From: a virus
Lineage: Duplodnaviria; Caudoviricetes
Reading direction: 5' to 3' (one strand)
IMG/VR virus record: IMGVR_UViG_3300028392_002123
DNA: 64,000 bases
Numbering within the stretch: the stretch's first letter is position 1; each line of letters begins with the position of its first letter. Positions 56,189 to 64,000 of the stretch are shown one piece after another. The translations under genes were made by a program, and so were the position numbers. Under the pieces are notes generated by a model. That model was not told where the DNA came from. It was given only the letters and a program-made list of their open reading frames with translations, and searched no databases.

Positions 56189-57637
56189 ATGCACGTCATA
56201 TTTTTAAACAGTATATACACACAAATTCCGCAAAGAAGTCTTGGTCCGTATTTGCTCAAACATCAATTAGCCAAGAATAATTATCAAAGTCAAGTCATTG
56301 ATTTTTGTCAAGACTGGCATGCTGATCAAATTTTACTGCTATTTAAAAAATTTGCCACAGACAAAACTCTGTGTTTGGCACTGAGCAGTACATTTTGGTT
56401 TGACGAAACACAGACTTATTATACCTATGACAACGGAATTCCGCCCAACATTTATCAAGCCGTTAAATTAATTAAACAACAGTTTCCCCAGGTTAAAATC
56501 GTTTTGGGCGGAGCGCACAGTAGTTATATGCGTTATAGAATAGAAGACGTGGACTGTGTGTTCATTGGAGAAAGCGAAGACACACTGGTAGAAGTGTTGG
56601 ACCATTGGTGCCGGGCCGGCCAAGAACCTGTCAGTGAAATTAATCCCGCCACAGGCAAATTAACATACAGAGATCCAAGGAATAAAAAATATCAAATACA
56701 GACCTGTGATTTTATGTGGCAGGAAGAAGACTGTATTATCAACAAAGAAGCTCTGCCCATGGAAACTGCTAGAGGCTGTATATTTAAATGTAGTTTTTGC
56801 GCTTATCCGCACTTGGGTAAAAAGAAATTCGATTATTTAAAACCCAATGATGCCATTAAAAATTATTTAATTAACAATTATAATCGTTGGCAGACCACTA
56901 GTTATATCATCTTAGATGACACTTTCAATGACAGCGAATATAAAATAGATGGATTTTTAGATATTACTAAAAGCCTGCCTTTTAGCATAGAATACGCGGC
57001 CTATATTAGAGCAGACTTGGTCTATAGGTTTGAAGGCATGGCAGACAAGCTGGCAGAAACAGGCCTGCGTGGAGCTTTCTTTGGCATTGAAAGCCTGCAC
57101 CCCCGGGCCAGTCAGATTGTGGGCAAAGGCTGGAGCGGTAGACATGCTCGTGAGTTTGTGCCCAGACTGGTACATGACACGTGGCAGAATAAGATCACTG
57201 CACATTGTGGATTAATTGTGGGACTGCCCGGAGAAACTCGTGAAGATTTAACTACAAGTTTAACCTGGGCCAATGACAACATGATCAATGTTATTTTCTT
57301 TGGCCTGCAGGTCACTAATAACTTACACGAGCGTAGCTATATCAGTGAATTCGAGCGTAACGCTGACAAATATGGATTTAAATTTGACGAGCATGGAAAA
57401 TGGTATAATGACACGTGGACAAGAAATTCTGTTTTAGAATTCAGCGCACAATTAAATCCTCAGCGCAGGCGCATGAATTATTCGGGATTTAATCACGTGG
57501 CCCTGCACACACTGGGCTATACCAATGAAGAAATAATGAACACACACCAGGATCTACTAGTGCGTAACAGTGAGGAATTTCGTCAGCGTAAACAACAATT
57601 CCTCAGGGCCTATTGGAATAAAATTATCAATTTATAA
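56189..57637 (+). CDS. B12-binding-domain radical SAM protein, paralog
   Basis: ETARGCIFKCSFC; same architecture as 53969-55453. Confidence 0.88.
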   Translation: MHVIFLNSIYTQIPQRSLGPYLLKHQLAKNNYQSQVIDFCQDWHADQILLLFKKFATDKTLCLALSSTFWFDETQTYYTYDNGIPPNIYQAVKLIKQQFPQVKIVLGGAHSSYMRYRIEDVDCVFIGESEDTLVEVLDHWCRAGQEPVSEINPATGKLTYRDPRNKKYQIQTCDFMWQEEDCIINKEALPMETARGCIFKCSFCAYPHLGKKKFDYLKPNDAIKNYLINNYNRWQTTSYIILDDTFNDSEYKIDGFLDITKSLPFSIEYAAYIRADLVYRFEGMADKLAETGLRGAFFGIESLHPRASQIVGKGWSGRHAREFVPRLVHDTWQNKITAHCGLIVGLPGETREDLTTSLTWANDNMINVIFFGLQVTNNLHERSYISEFERNADKYGFKFDEHGKWYNDTWTRNSVLEFSAQLNPQRRRMNYSGFNHVALHTLGYTNEEIMNTHQDLLVRNSEEFRQRKQQFLRAYWNKIINL

Positions 57638-57646
57638 ATAACAACA

Positions 57647-58207
57647 ATGATGTATAAAAAATTAATTCTGCCCCGGGATTTAATCACGGAAATTCAAATA
57701 ACTGCCATTGAGGAAATGTCTACATTTGATGTTAATTCTGGACAGCTACATTTCTTAATTAAACCACAGCATGTCATGGGCAAATATTTAAAAATGACCT
57801 ATCCCACTCTGCCCTTTTTATATAATTGTTTATTATTTCATCGTCCCCCTAATTTTCAACAGGCTCTGCACATAGACTGTAACAATGAAGATCCGCCGCA
57901 GTTGATCAACTGTGCCATTAATATACCCCTGCAAAACTGTGACGACAGCTACATGGAATGGTACTCGGGTGCGTATACCACAGAAGTCAATGCCACAGTG
58001 GGTCAGGATGGTAGAACTAGAAAATTCGTTGAACTAGCATGGCAGGGAGAACCCCAGTTAATAGAAAAAACAATAATAGATCAGCCCACGCTGGTACGTG
58101 TTAATCAGCCACATAGAATCAGTTGTATTAGTCGTGTGCGTAGTTTAATTACTTTTAGATTCAGCAAGAATCCTGATTTTGACACAGTGGAAGCTATGAT
58201 GCTTTGA
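57647..58207 (+). CDS. 2OG-Fe(II) oxygenase-like protein
   Basis: LHID...AINIP...MEWY...LVRVNQPH...R. Confidence 0.6.
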   Translation: MMYKKLILPRDLITEIQITAIEEMSTFDVNSGQLHFLIKPQHVMGKYLKMTYPTLPFLYNCLLFHRPPNFQQALHIDCNNEDPPQLINCAINIPLQNCDDSYMEWYSGAYTTEVNATVGQDGRTRKFVELAWQGEPQLIEKTIIDQPTLVRVNQPHRISCISRVRSLITFRFSKNPDFDTVEAMML

Positions 58208-58892
58208 CATCAGCAGGTATTTCTGCAATGCCTGTGATGCGTATTTTTTCCAAGTCAAAAAAGCTACGGGGAATTAAATTCATTTCCTGGGCTCCCCATA
58301 ATAAACGTAGATAAACATCATCTCCACCTAGCTCAGACTTTGAATTTTTCAACATGGGCACAATGCTGAGACAGATTCTGGGTCGGTCCGGTGTGCCATT
58401 TTTCATTTGTACGCTGTGGGGAATTCCTGCGTTTACCACGTAGAGTCCGGACATGTCTAAATGATCTATTTCCATGACGTCCTCGGGAGGAAATGCTAGA
58501 TACTTTGTGCCAGCATTGGTCACTAACTGATGTCGATCTTCAACTCGAACCCTGGGCATGTACCAGCGCATGATATTGTCCGACTCACCTATTACATAGT
58601 TAATTTTAGCAATACAGGGTACAACTCTATGCCCGTCTACGTGTATAAAAGCATCAAAGTCTTCGCCTACACCAGGACGAAAAAATACTTCACTGTGCTT
58701 GACTACCATGCCGCCACGTAGCATCATTTCTTTAAATTGCTCACTGATATATTCGGGATCATATTTGTAGTGTGCAAAAAATGTATAAGGTTGACCTTCT
58801 TTATTCTTAGGAAACGGATAAGTTTCTAATATTGTTTCCTTGCTGGCAGGAGCTATATTTAAAATATTAATGTCTCTATATGTAAATGTCAT
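58194..58892 (-). CDS. 2OG-Fe(II) oxygenase-like protein
   Basis: IHVDG...KINY...MRWY...VNAGIPHSV...RICLS. Confidence 0.6.
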   Translation of the reverse strand: MTFTYRDINILNIAPASKETILETYPFPKNKEGQPYTFFAHYKYDPEYISEQFKEMMLRGGMVVKHSEVFFRPGVGEDFDAFIHVDGHRVVPCIAKINYVIGESDNIMRWYMPRVRVEDRHQLVTNAGTKYLAFPPEDVMEIDHLDMSGLYVVNAGIPHSVQMKNGTPDRPRICLSIVPMLKNSKSELGGDDVYLRLLWGAQEMNLIPRSFFDLEKIRITGIAEIPADVKAS

Positions 58893-59437
58893 TTTAAATA
58901 TCCTTTGAACGTGTCTTCAATTTGATTAAATTTTACTTTTAGGTTGTGTTTATTTAACAGCATAAAACTATAGCAAAGTCTAGGCACGTCAACATTTTCC
59001 ACATTGTGTAACTGTCCAGCATTGACTATGGTAGGCTCTAACAGTGAGCTTTCTGCTACCATTTCCACATCTTCCCTGGCAGCCCACATATAGGGAGTGT
59101 TGATCACTGTCATTTTAAACTGTGCAGAACAGCCGGGTCGAAGCTGCCACCAACGCATAACGCTGGCACCTGGATTAACTATAAAGTTAATTTTAATATG
59201 ATTGTCAATTTGGCGGCCGTCTAAGTGCAGAGCCCAGGGATAGTCGATGTCTGTGGGTTTTTTTAAAAATACTTCGCTGAAGCCAATTTTTAATTCTAAA
59301 CTGGCCAGCCAATCAATAAAATTAACGTCAATTAATTCTCTGTCTAATTTAATTTGTCCGTGTGCAGTGGGAAATTTAACTTCGGGCAGGGACATTTTAA
59401 ATGGCAGCGTTAATTCTCTATAATATATATTTTCCAT
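58889..59437 (-). CDS. 2OG-Fe(II) oxygenase-like protein
   Basis: LHLDG...KINF...MRWW...VNAGQLHNV...RLCYS; likely start ATG 59437. Confidence 0.6.
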   Translation of the reverse strand: MENIYYRELTLPFKMSLPEVKFPTAHGQIKLDRELIDVNFIDWLASLELKIGFSEVFLKKPTDIDYPWALHLDGRQIDNHIKINFIVNPGASVMRWWQLRPGCSAQFKMTVINTPYMWAAREDVEMVAESSLLEPTIVNAGQLHNVENVDVPRLCYSFMLLNKHNLKVKFNQIEDTFKGYLK

Positions 59438-59439
59438 GA

Positions 59440-60219
59440 TTAATTCTTGGCTATCCAAAAGCTTAGATGACAGCGTGTCTGTTCTTCTCTGGGCTGATAC
59501 CAACCCACGCCCACTGACGCCACTGAGTGCATGTAGTCCTTGGTGAATATTTCATAGACCTGACCATCCGCGGGAATATAGTGTCCGACAAAGTCCATGG
59601 GCTGTTGTGCTTCTTCTTGATCAAAGCCTGCTTTCCATTTAAAATTTCTAGCACTGAATAATAGTACGTGCCCGGGGTTGGTCCACAGGGGAATATGAAA
59701 TCTATTTTCCACGGGATCGTCTTTGTGCCAGTAAAGTCCCTGACTGGTACCATTGACTGTTCTATTCTGACAGCGTATGCGTATGGGTGCTTGAAATTTA
59801 TCCTGCATGTAATTGTGCAGTTCTTCCACTATGGTGCCTTTAAATCTAGGCACCAGCTCGGCTAATTGATCATCGGTCATAGCAGGTTCTTCAACGCCCA
59901 CACCGTCAACAACACGACCCCTGCGTCCGGTGCCGCCAAACAACTGTTGATCCAATTCAGTGAATCTAGACAGGTTAGTGGTTAAATTAATATCACCATT
60001 GGTAATTCTGCTGGGATTGACAGCGTTGTAATCATGATGCAGGCTGGCATCACACCAATCCTCTGTGCCCAACTTTTTAAGTTCAACTGTTCTACGCCAG
60101 TGATCAAATCTAATGCCCGCTAGGAATACTCTGTCGCGAACAACTTCGGTTATTTTATTCACGTCCCATTGACTGAGATCTTGTCGTACTTCATAATATT
60201 TTTTAAACAGTGACGTCAT
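59440..60219 (-). CDS. 2OG-Fe(II) oxygenase-like protein
   Basis: WHKD...RFHIPL.TNP...MHSV...RCHL. Confidence 0.6.
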   Translation of the reverse strand: MTSLFKKYYEVRQDLSQWDVNKITEVVRDRVFLAGIRFDHWRRTVELKKLGTEDWCDASLHHDYNAVNPSRITNGDINLTTNLSRFTELDQQLFGGTGRRGRVVDGVGVEEPAMTDDQLAELVPRFKGTIVEELHNYMQDKFQAPIRIRCQNRTVNGTSQGLYWHKDDPVENRFHIPLWTNPGHVLLFSARNFKWKAGFDQEEAQQPMDFVGHYIPADGQVYEIFTKDYMHSVASVGVGWYQPREEQTRCHLSFWIAKN

Positions 60220-60266
60220 GAAATTATTTATAGCAAAAATCGTTTATTTTCACTATAAATATTCAC

Positions 60267-61289
60267 ATGCCCACTAGTCCTTATTTACTGCGCTATAGAG
60301 ATCCCGAGGTTAAAGAACCCGAAAATATAGAAACCAACGAATTTATTCAAAGACAGCTGGGCCGTCGCAGTCTGCGTAATTATGATCCACAGCGTAAAAT
60401 ATCCTGGGAACAGCTCAGTTATTTGATCACTGCCGCGCAATGCAGTCCCAATGGCAGTGGCGCACAAAGTTGGAGTGTGATTGCACTGATCACTGACGAA
60501 GAAAAAAGAATATTCCGGGAAGCCGCAGGCTCTGTTCTAGACGGCACAGATCCTTTGAATAGATTAAACTATGATAACTGTAGTGTATTTTTAATTTGGA
60601 TCGCAGACAACTACAAAAATGAACAGGGTATACGCATTGTAGGCAACAAAGAACTTTCTCCAGAAGAATTAAAACTCATGCCCAAGCATATATCTGCTAC
60701 TATATCTGTGCATCCTGTGCCGGGTAGAGATGACATATTATTTGATGTTGAACAGCATGTGCAAAACTTAGATCAAAGTTATTATTCTATTAGAGCCATG
60801 CAGGACTGTATTATTGCCGCACAGACCTTTGTTATGTGTGCTGAAAGTCTGGGCATGGGCACACTATACATGGGCAGTATAGCACATTGTGAACTAGCCA
60901 GTTTTAAAAATACATTAAATTTACCCAATAAAACTTATCCCCTTTTTGGCATGTGCGTGGGCTATGAACTAGCACCAGGCAGTGATCACAACGGCATACA
61001 TATTAATAATGGGCAAAGCGACTTGTACAGAAAGATCAGATATTCCGATGCAGATTATGCAGACTGGCTGATCAAACCTGTGCAACCACAGGATATTGTT
61101 CTGCATCGTGCCAAATATAATAAAGATGTCAAGGCCAGTTTATTCAAATATAATAAAATCATTTATGAATATGTCAGCAGATTAAAATCTCGCCGGGCAA
61201 ATTATTTGGTTAGTAGAGTAGCACAGCGCATTTATAAAGTAGTTGATCAATTGGGCCTAATGATGGCCATGGGTAATCGATGGCGTTGA
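60267..61289 (+). CDS. Nitroreductase family flavoprotein (NfsA/Frp-like)
   Basis: RRSLRNY, AAQCSP...AQSW, DCIIAAQT...AESLGMGTLYMGSI, LNLP...PLFGMCVGY. Confidence 0.85.
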   Translation: MPTSPYLLRYRDPEVKEPENIETNEFIQRQLGRRSLRNYDPQRKISWEQLSYLITAAQCSPNGSGAQSWSVIALITDEEKRIFREAAGSVLDGTDPLNRLNYDNCSVFLIWIADNYKNEQGIRIVGNKELSPEELKLMPKHISATISVHPVPGRDDILFDVEQHVQNLDQSYYSIRAMQDCIIAAQTFVMCAESLGMGTLYMGSIAHCELASFKNTLNLPNKTYPLFGMCVGYELAPGSDHNGIHINNGQSDLYRKIRYSDADYADWLIKPVQPQDIVLHRAKYNKDVKASLFKYNKIIYEYVSRLKSRRANYLVSRVAQRIYKVVDQLGLMMAMGNRWR

Positions 61290-61320
61290 TCACTAAATAT
61301 TTTAAACAAGTGGAGATACT

Positions 61321-61947
61321 ATGAATTTTGCCGCGGCATATCAAATTATTGGCCGAGTCCCTGACAGTCTATTAGAAAAGGTCAACGAAGAAATTAATCA
61401 TGCACTAACAGATGCTGACTTTAATTACAAAGATAGAAACGTAGAAACCGCAGAACTAAGCTGGCTACGCTTGGACTTTATGCGGCCGCCAGAAGATAAA
61501 AATCGCATGCCATTGTACACTAGTATACTGGCAGTGATCAATCATATCACTGAAAATTATAACATTGATCCATTAAACTCTGTGAGTGTTAGTATGCTCA
61601 AGCCCCTGCAGGTCCTGGATGAGCACACCGATGGCCGCTTTTTACACAGAATTACCAATAGATATTTGGTGCCATTAATGGACAGTGAAGTTAATTATAA
61701 CTATGGTTGGTATGAAAATGAAAAGGTAATCTATCCTTTACGCTATGGCAATATCTATAGAGTTAACAATGCCATTGTTCACAGCGCATTGAATTTGGAA
61801 AATGCCGAAAGATTTAACATATTAATTGACACATGGGAGCCCAGACTCAAGGCCAAATTTAAAGATCATCAAGACTTAATGGCGGCATTAACAGTACTGG
61901 GAGTTAACTATAACTTTGAAAAACGATTGAAAGTGAAACCAAAATGA
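61321..61947 (+). CDS. Asp/Asn beta-hydroxylase-like 2OG oxygenase
   Basis: EHTD...RYLVPL...GNIYRVNNAIVHSALN...R. Confidence 0.62.
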   Translation: MNFAAAYQIIGRVPDSLLEKVNEEINHALTDADFNYKDRNVETAELSWLRLDFMRPPEDKNRMPLYTSILAVINHITENYNIDPLNSVSVSMLKPLQVLDEHTDGRFLHRITNRYLVPLMDSEVNYNYGWYENEKVIYPLRYGNIYRVNNAIVHSALNLENAERFNILIDTWEPRLKAKFKDHQDLMAALTVLGVNYNFEKRLKVKPK

Positions 61948-62168
61948 AATTTGAAGAAAGAATTCCAAGAAGCCTAAGTAAAGTAATTACTTGGAGAATT
62001 ATACTATCTATACAGTATTTCGTTATTGGCTATGTAACCATGGGAACCATAGCCAGTGCCCTGGGATTAGTGGGCATTACCACTGTGGTCAACAGTTGTA
62101 TATATTATCTACACGAACGTGCTTGGAATAAATCCAGCTGGGGCAAAAAGGTAGAAGTAGAAGCATGA
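61944..62168 (+). CDS. DUF2061-like small membrane protein
   Basis: RSLSKVITWRI...YYLHERAWNK..WG. Confidence 0.75.
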   Translation: MKFEERIPRSLSKVITWRIILSIQYFVIGYVTMGTIASALGLVGITTVVNSCIYYLHERAWNKSSWGKKVEVEA

Positions 62169-62749
62169 ACTTTGACTTGCCCTACAAGCATATAGGTCCG
62201 GTGCCCCGAGAATTATTGGAGCAGGCCGAGTCAGGAGTCATTGACTTAGAAGCGTCAGGCGCTTATAATTTTAAACACGGCGAATGGCTACGCTTGGACA
62301 GTTATTATAATCCGGATAATCATCAATTATCTGACATCGTGGGCTCGGGCCTAGTAGATCATGTCATGAGTTTCTTTCCCGGTGAAAAGTTGTTTGGGTG
62401 GAGTGTCAGTCATATACCGCCACATCAGCCCGTGATTGATCATGCTGATCGTATGTTTTTTCATAGATTTGCCAAACGTATTATTGTGCCCATCAATGAC
62501 GTGGGCAATAATGTATTAAATTGGCACTGGTCTTGGAATGATACAAGACGTTGTTATTTCTTTGAATACGGAAATATATATAGATTAAACACAGCATGGA
62601 CACATGGTGTTAAAAATTCTTCTAACAAGGTTAGAAGAGCAGTTTATTTTGATGTTATGGAAACTAAATTTTACGATAAATTCATCACACATCCTGACAT
62701 ACTAACAGTTATATTGGCCAATGCTGCCGGAGAGAGATATGTACTTTAA
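62165..62749 (+). CDS. Asp/Asn beta-hydroxylase-like 2OG oxygenase
   Basis: DHAD...RIIVPI...GNIYRLNTAWTHGVKN...R. Confidence 0.62.
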   Translation: MNFDLPYKHIGPVPRELLEQAESGVIDLEASGAYNFKHGEWLRLDSYYNPDNHQLSDIVGSGLVDHVMSFFPGEKLFGWSVSHIPPHQPVIDHADRMFFHRFAKRIIVPINDVGNNVLNWHWSWNDTRRCYFFEYGNIYRLNTAWTHGVKNSSNKVRRAVYFDVMETKFYDKFITHPDILTVILANAAGERYVL

Positions 62750-63338
62750 AAATATTGCAGAAAACGTGGGCATACTGCCCGATTACATGATAAAAGATAT
62801 CATGGCCTATGAAAGTGATATAGAACCAGTTAAAGATTATCGTGCTGTATTAGGTAAAGAAAATTTAATTCAGAATTTTGTTAAAATGTCGCCAGACCTA
62901 CAACGACAAGTAACACAGGTCAGTAGCTATATTTTATCTTTACAACTGCCTATTCTTAAGGAAATGGTCATATATGAAAGTTTATTAGTTAATATTCCCA
63001 CAGTGACCAGTACGATTGTCATGCCCACACGTTATCTATGCAGGGTGGGTGAATTAATTATTGCTCCTTTAAAAGGTGGTTGCGTCATTGAAAGCGAAGA
63101 ATTTCCCAGTAGTGTAGCATTTAAACCAGGCTACTTGTATAGGATTAACAATAGAGTCAACAGTACCTTTATGGCCACACCAGACTTTCTCTGTGTAGCA
63201 TTTAATCTCTTGGACTTTGATCTTAGACGCTACTTGATGCCCCATGATCTAAGAAGCGCATTTATTCGTCGCAAGGACGAACATTTAAATCCCGACGAAG
63301 CTCCAGACAATCCCGGAGTGCCCAAAGATGCGTACTGA
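62721..63338 (+). CDS. Degenerate paralog of the preceding oxygenases, lacking metal ligands
   Basis: Retains PGYLYRINNRV.. pattern but no HxD or distal His. Confidence 0.45.
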   Translation: MLPERDMYFKNIAENVGILPDYMIKDIMAYESDIEPVKDYRAVLGKENLIQNFVKMSPDLQRQVTQVSSYILSLQLPILKEMVIYESLLVNIPTVTSTIVMPTRYLCRVGELIIAPLKGGCVIESEEFPSSVAFKPGYLYRINNRVNSTFMATPDFLCVAFNLLDFDLRRYLMPHDLRSAFIRRKDEHLNPDEAPDNPGVPKDAY

Positions 63339-64000
63339 ACCTTTGATAGCCAAAAGCGGCCGCGAGTTATCCTGGGGCATACGTATGTATGTTGACAGCT
63401 ACGAAGAACTGGTCAGCATGGGCCGAGAAGAACTGACACGCTTGGTCTATGCTAATAAATTCTTTGCTGTGCGCGGCATGTCAGGCATGACCAAACAACA
63501 GTTCTGGGACTTGTGCAATATGTTCGGCGGAGGCTGTTGGACCAAAGAAGATTACCTTGTGGGCAAAGAACAAAACTTTCCCATAGATGATGATGGCAGT
63601 ACTGATAGAGTATTTGCGTTTTACACTAATCACGGTAATACTGCCAAGGCCATAGGTGATGCTGAAATGAGTTGGCACGTGGATATCCCACTGTGGCCCA
63701 CACACAAAGCTCCTTTACGTGCTTTTTATGCTACTAGTATACCTGACAATCGTTATGGTATCACACGCTTCGCGGATCGTGCCTATGGTTGGCTAACAAT
63801 GACTCCCGAAGAACAAGAAGAAGCTCTTAAGTGGGATTTACTATATCAAAGCTGGTACGAGCCTGGCACTAACCTAACTTGGTTGCCTGTGGTAGATACT
63901 AGTCCTGTGGACGGCAAACCCTATTTACAGTTTACCAGTTTCAGTAACAGCGGCAAAAAATACAGCCACTATGCACATGGCTGGAAAGTACATGGTTGGG
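63328..64000 (+). CDS. TauD/TfdA-family dioxygenase (3' end runs off the window)
   Basis: Not in ORF track; hand-translated from ATG 63328, open to the end: SWHVDIP, L.AFYA...P, G.TRFADRAY, LPVVDTSPVDGKPYL. Confidence 0.8.
   Translation, partial: MRTEPLIAKSGRELSWGIRMYVDSYEELVSMGREELTRLVYANKFFAVRGMSGMTKQQFWDLCNMFGGGCWTKEDYLVGKEQNFPIDDDGSTDRVFAFYTNHGNTAKAIGDAEMSWHVDIPLWPTHKAPLRAFYATSIPDNRYGITRFADRAYGWLTMTPEEQEEALKWDLLYQSWYEPGTNLTWLPVVDTSPVDGKPYLQFTSFSNSGKKYSHYAHGWKVHGW

Noticed and set aside
1-64000. Cellular (bacterial chromosome) origin suggested by clpA, infA, suf, panB, sod and csgG
   Set aside because: The genes are interleaved with a gp44-like clamp loader, spanin/lysin and fibre genes, T4 late-type promoters and many short hypothetical ORFs, and they lack normal bacterial operon context.
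1-64000. Alternative genetic code or stop-codon reassignment
   Set aside because: Long conserved genes are intact in the standard code, end at expected positions, and no suppressor tRNA is among the nine found.

Overview
This 64 kb window reads as part of a large AT-rich, T4-related (jumbo myovirus-like) phage genome. The basis is a clamp-loader subunit, spanin-like pair, GH19 and SleB lysins, fibre proteins, PhoH, dense short hypothetical genes, nine CCA-encoding tRNAs, and both sigma70 and T4 late-type (TA)TAAATA promoters. The window is dominated by auxiliary modules: (1) ClpA, IF-1, GroES and YccA; (2) an essentially complete SUF Fe-S assembly operon (sufB-C-D*-S-E-T-A) plus ErpA, ferredoxin, a CDGSH-like protein and SOD; (3) a curli/type VIII secretion cassette (csgF, csgG, two curlin-repeat proteins) followed in the same direction by a FecR-domain protein and a CHASE2 adenylate cyclase; (4) QueC-like, QueD/PTPS-like, PanB and SpeD enzymes and three fatty-acid desaturases; (5) about 17 2OG-Fe(II)-oxygenase-like genes interleaved with two B12-binding radical SAM paralogs and a nitroreductase. 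Two less obvious signals stand out. About a dozen genes have TAAATA exactly 5-6 nt before the start codon with no Shine-Dalgarno, which predicts leaderless mRNAs. There are also several candidate structured non-coding RNAs: a compact pseudoknot-like leader before the queD-like gene, and three elements inside the tRNA clusters. All functional calls come from motif recognition by eye; no database searches or folding programs were run.
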